Positions 9,825 through 18,258 of a DNA stretch of 64,000 bases are shown one piece after another. Position 1 is the first letter of the stretch. Each line of letters begins with the position of its first letter. The notes beneath the pieces are model-generated. The model was not told where the DNA came from, did no database searches, and worked only from the letters and a program-made list of their open reading frames with translations. The position numbers and the translations under genes are program-made. Origin of the DNA: a virus (Duplodnaviria; Caudoviricetes); IMG/VR virus record IMGVR_UViG_3300025867_000005; one strand, written 5' to 3'.

Positions 9825-10172
9825 ATGAATGGTATTTCAGAAGTGACGGCTTATAAGTGCGATTTTGACGGCAAGGTTTTTGACAAGCAAGAGGATGCGG
9901 CATTGCATTTTCTAAAACACACCCTAATGAATATCTTTTGTTCATGTCCAGAGGCAGAAGAAAAGGTGGATCGGGTGATGAAAACTCTTGCTTTTCAGGG
10001 ATTTATGTTCCAGAAAGATTTCAGTGGAAATGTGGATGTGGAAGTTGAAAATATGCTTCGAAACAACAATGGAATTGTCCCGGCAGTTAAGTTCTTTCGT
10101 GACGCTTCTGGCTTCGGATTGAAAGACAGCAAAGACTATGTTGATTCCATAAAGGCGAAATGCGGAATTTAA
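9825..10172 (+). CDS. protein with C-terminal ribosomal protein bL12 (L7/L12) CTD-like domain
   Basis: IVPAVKFFRDASGFGLKDSKDYVD resembles bL12 KIxxIKxVRxxTGLGLKEAKxxV. Confidence 0.65.
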   Translation: MNGISEVTAYKCDFDGKVFDKQEDAALHFLKHTLMNIFCSCPEAEEKVDRVMKTLAFQGFMFQKDFSGNVDVEVENMLRNNNGIVPAVKFFRDASGFGLKDSKDYVDSIKAKCGI

Positions 10173-10229
10173 CAGGTGAAGCCAAACAGGATACCTTGGC
10201 CGATTGGTTGTCGGTTAATGGAGGATGAA

Positions 10230-10451
10230 ATGACACTCTCAGAACAGGTAAAAAGACTTGAAGACAAACACGCATCAATGCAGGTTCTCACTGGCGAGAT
10301 AATCGCAACGTTGGAAGAGAACATGAAGAGAGGAACGCTTGTCGTTTGCGGGACTCCTGAACATTACTTGATGCTGGAATCGATGGTGAAGCAGTGGCGG
10401 GAGAACTTCGAGTTGTTCTCTATCGCCAACACAAATCGGGAAACGAAATAA
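10230..10451 (+). CDS. hypothetical protein
   Basis: GGAGG RBS. Confidence 0.6.
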   Translation: MTLSEQVKRLEDKHASMQVLTGEIIATLEENMKRGTLVVCGTPEHYLMLESMVKQWRENFELFSIANTNRETK

Positions 10452-10708
10452 TGAAAACGATTACAGTTGAAGTGACAAATACGGTTGAAGTGACTCTGGA
10501 TGAAACCAAATTCACACCAGAATTCATGAAGGCATTTTCTTCCTATATGTGGCCAGCAGAAGATATTGAGGAACATGCAACGCACCTTGCGGATATGCAT
10601 GTGCGTGGCCTTGCTGATTGGCCGAATACTTTTATCGAAGGTTATGGCCCGGCTGAAAAGATGGGAATTTCTTTCAAGATTACTGACCATCGGGAAGAAG
10701 TGATCTAA
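10451..10708 (+). CDS. hypothetical protein
   Basis: TAATG coupling. Confidence 0.7.
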   Translation: MKTITVEVTNTVEVTLDETKFTPEFMKAFSSYMWPAEDIEEHATHLADMHVRGLADWPNTFIEGYGPAEKMGISFKITDHREEVI

Positions 10709-10709
10709 T

Positions 10710-11021
10710 ATGAAAAAGCCGTTGGTGAAAGGGGATTATGTCCTCGCCACCAAATATTCTGATGGAGATCCGTGTGACCATTTCGTCGTCGGTTTCTTCC
10801 GTGAAATGCTGGATGATCGGTATCTTGTCGAAGATGAGAACGGGCAGCTTTTCAGAAGTAATGGTTTCCGAAGGTGTGAAAAGATTAGCAAGCGTGTCGG
10901 TCATGCGGTTTGTGCCGCCATGCCGATAATCGGAGATGTTCCTGGAAGAAGTGTTTGGTTTTGGAGGCGGAACATTAAGGCGTTAGAAAATTTATGTCAG
11001 TTTCCTTCTTCACGTACTTGA
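10710..11021 (+). CDS. hypothetical protein
   Basis: packed ORF; GDYVLATKYSDGDP. Confidence 0.7.
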   Translation: MKKPLVKGDYVLATKYSDGDPCDHFVVGFFREMLDDRYLVEDENGQLFRSNGFRRCEKISKRVGHAVCAAMPIIGDVPGRSVWFWRRNIKALENLCQFPSSRT

Positions 11022-11073
11022 CAAGTTAAGTCGGTTCTGATATCTTGTATTTCAAAACAAGGAGACATGAAAA

Positions 11074-11403
11074 ATGGCGACTCAGGGACTTGTAAGTGTT
11101 GTTGATTCAAAAGGAAATGTTCTTTTGAAGGCGGTTTGCGGTTGCAACGGATTTAAGGCCGGTGAACTTGCCTCATTGATAAAAGAAAACCATTCGAAAA
11201 CCGTTAAGGAAGTCTATGCTCTTGCTGAAAGTGTAAGTTTCGGATGTAAAGACTGTCTCGTTGTGTATGGAACTTGTGATGAATTCTTTTCTAGCGACGG
11301 AGAACTTCCTTCGGGATATTCTAAGTTCCTACAGGACCCCTATTTCAACCCACGTTGGGACAGAGGTACGGCTGATTATACGGAAATTGTGACATTGGAG
11401 TAG
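11074..11403 (+). CDS. hypothetical protein
   Basis: promoter 11018 plus AGGAG RBS. Confidence 0.7.
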   Translation: MATQGLVSVVDSKGNVLLKAVCGCNGFKAGELASLIKENHSKTVKEVYALAESVSFGCKDCLVVYGTCDEFFSSDGELPSGYSKFLQDPYFNPRWDRGTADYTEIVTLE

Positions 11404-11557
11404 GATTATGGTTATTCAAAAAACGAGTGGGAAGAAACAGTCTAGGGTTTCACACAAACAAACCTGGGAATCGGTGAAAAAAGATATCGATATCGCATAC
11501 CAGAATTGGCTAAAGAATCAGATCCTTCCAAAAGACTAAAAAGCTTCTATCACCCTG

Positions 11558-11586
11558 TTGACATTTCAAGGTCTTTGTGGTAATGT
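11558..11586 (+). promoter_or_regulatory. sigma70 promoter, extended -10
   Basis: TTGACA-N17-TAATGT (TGG-TAATGT). Confidence 0.8.
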
Positions 11587-11617
11587 ATTGTCATCGAAAG
11601 CAAGAAAGGCTGAAGAC

Positions 11618-11896
11618 ATGAAAATCACAGCAGAACACTTTGACCACATGAAGACCGAAATCAACAAGTATGTTGAGTCTGTCGGCGGATGGGATGTCTT
11701 GGTTAAAAAGTACGAGAGTGGCGACTTCGAACGTTCAGATTCAGTCAGAGACCTTCAGTGCCGTTTCTGTTGGGATGTAAGCTGTGCGGCAAAACTTCAT
11801 CGGTTCTATTGTGAAGAAGCATATAAGTATGCCGATGATTCACATATCCTTACTGCTCTTCGCAAGATTTGCCCTGTCGTCAATCGCAAGTACTAA
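11618..11896 (+). CDS. hypothetical protein
   Basis: RBS AAAGG after promoter. Confidence 0.7.
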   Translation: MKITAEHFDHMKTEINKYVESVGGWDVLVKKYESGDFERSDSVRDLQCRFCWDVSCAAKLHRFYCEEAYKYADDSHILTALRKICPVVNRKY

Positions 11897-11910
11897 GGAG
11901 GAACAAAGGT

Positions 11911-12243
11911 ATGAACGAACTTTCCGGATTGATTGTTGAGGTTTATCGTTGTAGTGGGAAAGACTGTTCTTTGAACGGCGTCACCGCCAATAATGATACT
12001 GTTCTTTTGATTCTTCCGCAAGGCGGACCTTTTAAGGCAAAGGATTTCGTCGGGGAGATGCCGTTGGTTGAGATAGATAAGCGGGCGGATATGAGCCGCC
12101 GCCACGGGGAGGATTGCAGTTGCGCCCGTCCTTATGGGGTTGACGGTAATGATTACAGCTTCGGCGGAAACTTCATTTATACAAGCGATAGCCGCTTCCC
12201 TAGCAACCGTCCGATCCCTGTCCATGACCGTAAAAACTTCTAA
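11911..12243 (+). CDS. conserved phage hypothetical protein
   Basis: DCSLNGVT..FGGNFIYTSDSRF..PIPVHDR; AGGAGG RBS. Confidence 0.7.
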   Translation: MNELSGLIVEVYRCSGKDCSLNGVTANNDTVLLILPQGGPFKAKDFVGEMPLVEIDKRADMSRRHGEDCSCARPYGVDGNDYSFGGNFIYTSDSRFPSNRPIPVHDRKNF

Positions 12244-12253
12244 GGGGAACAAC

Positions 12254-12685
12254 ATGAAATCCGTAAGATTTTCAGGAACTAGCGTTATTAGCATCGAAAT
12301 TCCAGATGGGTTTGACGTTGTCTCTCGTGGAGGGATCAAACCCGGAGATTTGATTTGGAATTGTGAAGAATTTATTCCAGCGAAGGAAGACCGTATCGGA
12401 AAGAATGTCAGAGACTTCATTTGTGTTATCCGCAAGGAAACCGAATTGACAAAATACCGGTATGTTTTGGATGTCCGTAACTGCATCGCCGCAGTTTGTG
12501 ATACGCAGCATCAAAGTTATGCTGAGAAAAATCCCAGACTTTCCGCTGATAATAAGTACATCGTTGCTGTGGAACGCGGCATTTCTAAATCAACGTTTCA
12601 CGGCCTTTCGTGGGTTCTCGAAGATTATCAAATCGACAGATTGACGAAACTCTGTGATTTGCTTAACAAGAAAGGTGGTCAATGA
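12254..12685 (+). CDS. hypothetical protein
   Basis: AGGGG RBS. Confidence 0.65.
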   Translation: MKSVRFSGTSVISIEIPDGFDVVSRGGIKPGDLIWNCEEFIPAKEDRIGKNVRDFICVIRKETELTKYRYVLDVRNCIAAVCDTQHQSYAEKNPRLSADNKYIVAVERGISKSTFHGLSWVLEDYQIDRLTKLCDLLNKKGGQ

Positions 12686-12686
12686 C

Positions 12687-12911
12687 ATGAAGTGTGTATG
12701 TGGATATCAACATGAAAAAGGAATTGATGAAAACGGCGAGTGGAAAGAATTCCTTGTCGGAGACGAGCGTTTTGAACGTCTGAATCTAGTAGATGAAAAT
12801 GATGGTTTTGCAACAAAACCGTTGAAGGTAGAGGCTTTCAACGTCAACTATTTCCTTTTCCGTTGTCCGAAGTGCGGAACGGTAAGGACAGAAACCTCTG
12901 ATTGGAACTAA
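12687..12911 (+). CDS. small Zn-ribbon protein
   Basis: MKCVCG..CPKCGT. Confidence 0.65.
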   Translation: MKCVCGYQHEKGIDENGEWKEFLVGDERFERLNLVDENDGFATKPLKVEAFNVNYFLFRCPKCGTVRTETSDWN

Positions 12912-12914
12912 ACG

Positions 12915-13496
12915 ATGTATATGGAAGATCCGCTGCTATATCTTGTTGGTAAAGCCAAAGAATTTCAGGAAACGAATGTTTGCGTGTATGAAACAGCAAA
13001 TGTTTTGTTGAAAGACAAACGTTTCCACTTCTGGTCGGGATCTTCACTTCCTCACCAACACCATTATGGGACTCGCGGTTTGGTACAGCACACCGCTGAA
13101 ACAGTAAACCTTTGCATGTCTATCGGTGAAAAATATGAATGGGAAGGCATTAGTTACCCCGTTTTGTTTCTTGCAGCCCTTTATCACGACAGTGGGAAGA
13201 TGTATGATTTTGAGTGTGTCAACGGTGTTTGGCAAGGGACTGATCATAAACGGATGATTCACCATATTTCAAGGAGCGGGATTTATTGGAATGATGCTGT
13301 GAAGACCGTGCCTGATGCCTATGGACTGTATTTTGAACCCGTGTTGCACTGTATCCTTAGCCACCACATGGATAGGATTCAGGGAAGTCCTGTCGCTCCG
13401 AAATCAAGGGAGGCTTGGATTCTTACTCTTTGCGACAATTTGAGTGCAAGGATGAATGACGCTGATACCAATGACCTGATCAAGAACCAACTTTGA
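12915..13496 (+). CDS. HD-domain protein, YhaM/Cbf1-like 3'-5' exoribonuclease catalytic domain
   Basis: HHYGTRGLVQHT, LYHDSGK, HISRS, HCILSHH..GSPVAP..EAWIL..CD. Confidence 0.8.
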   Translation: MYMEDPLLYLVGKAKEFQETNVCVYETANVLLKDKRFHFWSGSSLPHQHHYGTRGLVQHTAETVNLCMSIGEKYEWEGISYPVLFLAALYHDSGKMYDFECVNGVWQGTDHKRMIHHISRSGIYWNDAVKTVPDAYGLYFEPVLHCILSHHMDRIQGSPVAPKSREAWILTLCDNLSARMNDADTNDLIKNQL

Positions 13497-13517
13497 AAAA
13501 TTATTCATCTTGGTCTA

Positions 13518-13546
13518 TTGACAACCAAGCCACGATTTGATACCGT
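13518..13546 (+). promoter_or_regulatory. sigma70 promoter driving the structured RNA and TROVE/TerD gene
   Basis: TTGACA-N17-TACCGT with TG extension. Confidence 0.75.
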
Positions 13547-13592
13547 ATTCTCATTGAAAAAGTAAAAGTAAAAGAAGAGAAAAAGTAAAAAA

Positions 13593-13905
13593 GTTGCAAA
13601 CCAGAGGGTAAGGCTTTAGCCGTCAAGGTACGGGACCGGCTAAAATGAAAAGACCTCCATACAGGGTGAAAGACCTGTAGGGACCCGTATAGAAGCCGCT
13701 GGACTTCGTAATCCAGCTCAGCGAAGATAGAATTGGTACTTCTTGATTCGCTGAAACCAGAACGTGTATGTTGTTGGCATGTTCTCGTGTCTGAGGTTTA
13801 AGGGTTCTCCTATATACCCGAATTCTTAAGACACACCATTTTTGTCTGGCTATGGATAGGCTTCCTTCTATTTACTTTACCAAATAGCTTTCCGCTTCCC
13901 AGACA
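13593..13905 (+). ncRNA. putative highly structured non-coding RNA / leader
   Basis: ORF-free 430-bp gap tiled by consecutive stems: 13615-22/13637-44, 13660-65/13674-79, 13698-703/13712-17, 13718-25/13747-54, 13759-67/13777-85, 13787-92/13829-34, 13843-49/13899-905; possible pseudoknot 13629-34/13684-89. Confidence 0.65.
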
Positions 13906-13923
13906 CCTTTTTAGGAAAAAAAC

Positions 13924-16032
13924 ATGAAAAACAATGAATATTGCTTTTTGAAGAGAATAGACATCCAGCTTTTAAACACAATCCTTTTCCGTAGGTTCAA
14001 CAAGATTCTAGTCAAACCCGAAGAAGTTACTGAAAAGAAAGCTGATACTACTTTCGTGGCTACGGCTTCTAAGAATCTAGAAGCCTATGGTTATTACTTC
14101 TCCAAAGATCTTTTTGAAGCGCTTGTAGAAGGAGAAGAAAAGCATGTAGTCAGCGTTTACACCGATATCACGCATAGGATTGAAAAAGTGAAAGGATGTC
14201 TATACCGTCCTTTTTATATCAACTTCCCTCAACAAGTGATGGAAGCAAGTGACTTGGAGTTGTTCCTTAACGCGATGGTACATTATTGGGGAGCCTATCT
14301 TTTTGATGATCCTTTAGTTCCAGATGTAGATGAAATCAAGCGTCAATCGTTGATGGAAGAACACCCGATGACATCAATTGGATTGGCTTGTGTCGAAGAC
14401 GCGAAGGATTTGTATGTCAGGCTTCTATCTTCAAAGACGGCTTGGTCAAATCAAGATGAAAATGATGTCAGCGTACTTTGTAAGCTTTTCCGGTTTCCAA
14501 AGATTGAAGAAATCCCTTGTAAGGAAAACCTAGCGACACTTGCGTCATTTTTCTCTGACCAAGCCGGGAGTCTTGCATACCTGTATCCATATTTCAAGAC
14601 GGTTACGGATGTCCTGCGTTATGCGGTTAAGCTTAGCGACGGAGATGTAAGCCTTGCTGAAAATCCTGTTTTCAAGAAAATGCACCGTAAAGACAGGATG
14701 CTTATTAAGGAATTGCTTAATCGGATTTGTGCTAAGGATATCGGTGTGGCCGCAAATGACATGTATCGGTTTAAGGAGTATTGGAAACGCCTTGCTGAAA
14801 AAATCCATCCTAACGAAAACGGCGGTTTTGAAAATTTGAAAACCGCATATTCCCTTTTGTACAAGAAAAGCGGTTTCAAAACGACTGCTTCTTCTATCGA
14901 AGAAGGAATTAAGAATCGGGATTGGGAAAAAGTTTCATCTGTCCTTTCGATTAGGCCTGGGGATTTCGCACGTAGGCTCGATCAGTTGATTCGCAACTTT
15001 GACCCTTATACTGTGTTGAACTTGTTCTTAGAAGTCGTTGAACAGGTATCTACGAACGTCCTGTTGCAGGTTATGAACCATTTCAAGAACAGGGATGGTT
15101 TGAGAGTAGCTATGCCTAAAGGCAGCGTAACAACGGCGACGATTCTGCCCGTGCAGGAAAATGATGTCGAAATGGAATGTTGCTGTGATGCCATTATTGG
15201 AATCTGTAAACAGACTTTGATTAAGCGTTTCAAAAAGCTTCCGTCTTTGGGTAAAGTTTATATCGATCCTTGCCTGATGGAATACAATGTTCCTTTCGGA
15301 ATGCGTAGTGCTTCTTCTACCGGTATGAAGACTTTGGTAAGAGGAACAAAAACGGCTTTAGAAGGAAGAAAATACTTGCGGTTCTTTATCTGGTGGAAGG
15401 GTGGAAACATTGATATTGATTTGTCAGCTTCCGCCTTGGATGCCAACTTCAACAAGGTAGCCGATATTTGTTTTTACAATCTTAGGGAACATTGGGCCTG
15501 TCACAGCGGAGATATTGTGTCAGCCCCTAACGGTGCGGCAGAATACATTGATATTGATACCAAAGAAGCCTTGAATCGTGGTATCAGATATGTCCTGATG
15601 TCTGTAATCAGCTACAGAGGTATCCCTTACAAGGATATTGAAGAATGCTGTGGCGGCTATATGGAAAGAGATTCGCAAAGAACGGGTAAGATTCATGAAA
15701 TCAAGACCGTTAAACAATGCTTCCGTCTGACAGGAGACACGACAAGCAATTTGGTAATGGCTTTCGACTTGATTGAAAACAAGATGGTTTGGATGGATAT
15801 CAGCCTTAAAAATAGGTTTGCCTATTGCAACACTGTCGGCAAGTCCGGTGCTGGCATTGTAAACGGTATCAAGGCGCTTGTCTGCGGTAAGCGTCCTAAT
15901 CTCTATGACCTTCTGACCATTCATGCTAAGGCCAGGGGTGAAATCGTAGACAGGAAGGAACACGCCGATACCGTCTTTGATTGTGAAGGCATCGGAACAC
16001 AGCACGAAAAGGTGTCTTCGGAATATCTATAA
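13924..16032 (+). CDS. TROVE(Ro)-like helical repeat + C-terminal TerD-domain protein (Prok-RING_4/SCO0854-type family, no RING evident)
   Basis: YRPFYINFPQQV, IPCKENLA, TVTDVLR, RPGDFARRLD; TerD part LRFFIWW..DIDLSA..HSGDIVSAPNGAAEYIDID. Confidence 0.8.
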   Translation: MKNNEYCFLKRIDIQLLNTILFRRFNKILVKPEEVTEKKADTTFVATASKNLEAYGYYFSKDLFEALVEGEEKHVVSVYTDITHRIEKVKGCLYRPFYINFPQQVMEASDLELFLNAMVHYWGAYLFDDPLVPDVDEIKRQSLMEEHPMTSIGLACVEDAKDLYVRLLSSKTAWSNQDENDVSVLCKLFRFPKIEEIPCKENLATLASFFSDQAGSLAYLYPYFKTVTDVLRYAVKLSDGDVSLAENPVFKKMHRKDRMLIKELLNRICAKDIGVAANDMYRFKEYWKRLAEKIHPNENGGFENLKTAYSLLYKKSGFKTTASSIEEGIKNRDWEKVSSVLSIRPGDFARRLDQLIRNFDPYTVLNLFLEVVEQVSTNVLLQVMNHFKNRDGLRVAMPKGSVTTATILPVQENDVEMECCCDAIIGICKQTLIKRFKKLPSLGKVYIDPCLMEYNVPFGMRSASSTGMKTLVRGTKTALEGRKYLRFFIWWKGGNIDIDLSASALDANFNKVADICFYNLREHWACHSGDIVSAPNGAAEYIDIDTKEALNRGIRYVLMSVISYRGIPYKDIEECCGGYMERDSQRTGKIHEIKTVKQCFRLTGDTTSNLVMAFDLIENKMVWMDISLKNRFAYCNTVGKSGAGIVNGIKALVCGKRPNLYDLLTIHAKARGEIVDRKEHADTVFDCEGIGTQHEKVSSEYL

Positions 16033-16062
16033 GCATAGGTGCTTCTGATCATAGAATGGTTG

Positions 16063-16628
16063 TTAGACCGACAAGGTACAGCAAAACAAGTTTTGCCGAT
16101 ACCTTGCAAAATAAGGAGTAAAAGTGGCTAATTTTGACAGTAACAGGTTTGCAAGTAAAAACCAGACCTTTGAGACACCAGACCATTTATTTCAGTTGGT
16201 AGATGATATTTTTCATTTCACTACCGATGTTTGTGCATCTGCTGAGAATACCAAATGTGCTAACTATTTTTCAGAAGAAAACAGTTGTCTGGATAAAGAA
16301 TGGTCTGGTGTTTGTTGGATGAATCCACCATTTAAGGACATGAAAAAGTTTATCAAAAAAGCATTTGATGAAAAAGAAAGGGCTGTTACAGTTTGTCTTA
16401 TTCCAGCGAGAACAAATACAAAATGGTGGCATGAACTGTGTATGAAAGGTGAAGTCTGGTTTTTGGAAGGCAGACCAAAGTTTAAGGGATGTATTCATGG
16501 TTTGCCTCAACCATTAGCTTTAGTTGTTTTTGGAAAAGGTAGTGGGGTAATGAAGTCTTTCAATATAGAAAGAGGTCTAACAACTGCTTCAACTCGACTC
16601 GCGGGTACGCTCGCGAGTTAAGCAAATG
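16063..16628 (+). mobile_element. integron gene cassette carrying an adenine methyltransferase
   Basis: 5' core site G|TTAGAC (16062-68) exactly complementary to inverse core GTCTAAC (16575-81); one ORF; attC at 3' end; only 2 CpG in ~450 bp of ORF. Confidence 0.85.
16124..16621 (+). CDS. phage Dam-like DNA N6-adenine methyltransferase (cassette-borne)
   Basis: TFETP, DVCAS..N.KC, WMNPPF, LIPARTNTKWW; GTG start after AAGGAG. Confidence 0.88.
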   Translation: MANFDSNRFASKNQTFETPDHLFQLVDDIFHFTTDVCASAENTKCANYFSEENSCLDKEWSGVCWMNPPFKDMKKFIKKAFDEKERAVTVCLIPARTNTKWWHELCMKGEVWFLEGRPKFKGCIHGLPQPLALVVFGKGSGVMKSFNIERGLTTASTRLAGTLAS

Positions 16629-16634
16629 ATAGAT
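16575..16634 (+). other. attC recombination site (60 bp)
   Basis: R'' GTCTAAC, 5-nt spacer, L'' CTTCAACT (extra base), second extra base A, GCG/CGC terminal hairpin, L' AGTTAAG, 5-nt spacer, R' G|ATAGAT. Confidence 0.85.
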
Positions 16635-16647
16635 AAGGAAGAACTAT

Positions 16648-16890
16648 ATGGAAATTGAAATTTCAAAGAAGATCGGTATAGAAATTGGTGACATTGCTTC
16701 TGCTATGGATGTTAAGGAAATGCTTTTTCTTATTTGTCGCGTAGCTGATAGGCTTAGCCTAGAACCTTATGGAGTTCGCCGAAACTTCGCTTATGGAGCC
16801 GCCGATCATCTGAGTGAAAACGGGAAGGCGTTCCTTGCGGAAATCCTTGCTGCTGAATATTCGAAAAACGCCTTGGGTAAAGAGGATTGA
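16648..16890 (+). CDS. hypothetical protein
   Basis: AAGGA RBS. Confidence 0.7.
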   Translation: MEIEISKKIGIEIGDIASAMDVKEMLFLICRVADRLSLEPYGVRRNFAYGAADHLSENGKAFLAEILAAEYSKNALGKED

Positions 16891-16893
16891 TTT

Positions 16894-17382
16894 TTGAAAA
16901 ATCTGTTTCTTAAATACTTGCGTTTCCGTCTTAAGGGTGCGTGTTATCTTAAACCTCCTTTGGGTTGGCATCCCGGATTTGAAAAGGTAAGCATCTTCAG
17001 GATGGTGCGTTATTATTTCAAGTACTTCATTTGGAAAATTGAAACACGTCTACATGAAAGATATGGGAAAGAAATACGGGATGAATGGGAAGCAAAACAC
17101 CTGAAACAAAAGTGGGATTTTGATAGGCTACAGCTTCAAGAATACGGTTCCGAGGCGTCGATAGAAGGTCCGACAGGGATAGAAGGTATTAGGTGTTGTC
17201 CACCGGCTACAGAAAAATGGGCTAAAGGTTATAAACCTTGGGATTTCTCTAGGTATGTTTTAATCCCGACCCCCAAAAATCCTAGAGGCTATGACTTCTT
17301 TGCAGACACGGCGAATAAATCTTTGCAGCAGTTGAATTGGGAAGATGATCATGGAATTTATATCCTAGAAGGAGGCAGATAA
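16894..17382 (+). CDS. hypothetical protein
   Basis: TTG start after GAGGA. Confidence 0.6.
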   Translation: MKNLFLKYLRFRLKGACYLKPPLGWHPGFEKVSIFRMVRYYFKYFIWKIETRLHERYGKEIRDEWEAKHLKQKWDFDRLQLQEYGSEASIEGPTGIEGIRCCPPATEKWAKGYKPWDFSRYVLIPTPKNPRGYDFFADTANKSLQQLNWEDDHGIYILEGGR

Positions 17383-17900
17383 TGGGATGGAAGAACGTTA
17401 AAGAACACTATAAAATTGAACATATCGTTTGTGTTGAAAACGGCATTATCAATATCGGAAGCCCTTATGTAAAGGATTTGATTGTTATCAAACCGACCGG
17501 TGATGTTTCTTGGGGTCATTGGGACAGTGATGATCAGTATCTAAAAAGATACTACAGTGAACTTTGTTCCGACAAGCAAAAGCTTATTGACTTGATCAAT
17601 TCTCCCGATGTGTTTGAAAGATCAATTCGTGTATTCTATTTTGCAGACGGTGAAATCAAAACTGATTTCTGCGAAACTCTTGGATGGCCGAATGTTACGC
17701 ATTCCGGAAAACTGATGTATGAAGGTACTTTTTCAACCGATTATGATACCATTGTCGAGAAAGTAAAAGTTGACTTGGGAAACGAAATCAATTATTGGGA
17801 AGGAAGGATTATTGAGGCGAGAAAAGAAATCGCAGGTTTCCAATCCTATATGGATTCCTGCCTCAAGTACTTGGAGGCTTTAGATGCAGATGCCAGATGA
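17382..17900 (+). CDS. conserved phage hypothetical protein
   Basis: MGWKNVKEHYKIEHIV..GWPNVTHSG; TAATG coupling. Confidence 0.75.
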   Translation: MGWKNVKEHYKIEHIVCVENGIINIGSPYVKDLIVIKPTGDVSWGHWDSDDQYLKRYYSELCSDKQKLIDLINSPDVFERSIRVFYFADGEIKTDFCETLGWPNVTHSGKLMYEGTFSTDYDTIVEKVKVDLGNEINYWEGRIIEARKEIAGFQSYMDSCLKYLEALDADAR

Positions 17901-18258
17901 TATTGATTATAGCCTTCCCACTCCTGAAACCGATAGGTTTATGAATAAGATTGACGGAGAAGAAATCGATCTTGGAATGGTTGCGGCTGTCTTGCATGAC
18001 ATGGAGATCCAAAGGAATTATTGGAAGTCAAAGGTTCTTGACGTTGAAGGAATGTATGAAGCCGTTATTGAAAACCAGATCTGTGACTCGAATCTACAGA
18101 ACTATAATCGGCATGAGGCTGAGGCCTGTGTTTTGGCCTGGATGTTAAAGACTAAACTTTACATGATGGGCGAAACATCCCGAAAGTGGTCCAAGAAAGG
18201 GATGGCTGTTATCCGTCACGAGCTTGACGGGATAGATGATTTTCGTTTCCGACAGTAG
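17884..18258 (+). CDS. hypothetical protein
   Basis: GGAGG RBS. Confidence 0.65.
   Translation: MQMPDDIDYSLPTPETDRFMNKIDGEEIDLGMVAAVLHDMEIQRNYWKSKVLDVEGMYEAVIENQICDSNLQNYNRHEAEACVLAWMLKTKLYMMGETSRKWSKKGMAVIRHELDGIDDFRFRQ

Noticed and set aside
10165-10222. Possible second attC (ATTTAAC...GTTAATG around a GCCAA/TTGGC hairpin)
   Set aside because: The right end is not GTTRRRY and there are no L boxes with extra-helical bases.
13556-13592. A-rich AAAAGT repeats after the promoter
   Set aside because: Low-complexity, unstructured 5' spacer; too short and irregular to call as a repeat element.
13645-13690. HDV-like/theta ribozyme (ACC-TCC..-GGT resembling P3/L3)
   Set aside because: The required P1 pairing and P1.1 GG could not be built. 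No CUGANGA hammerhead core was found either.
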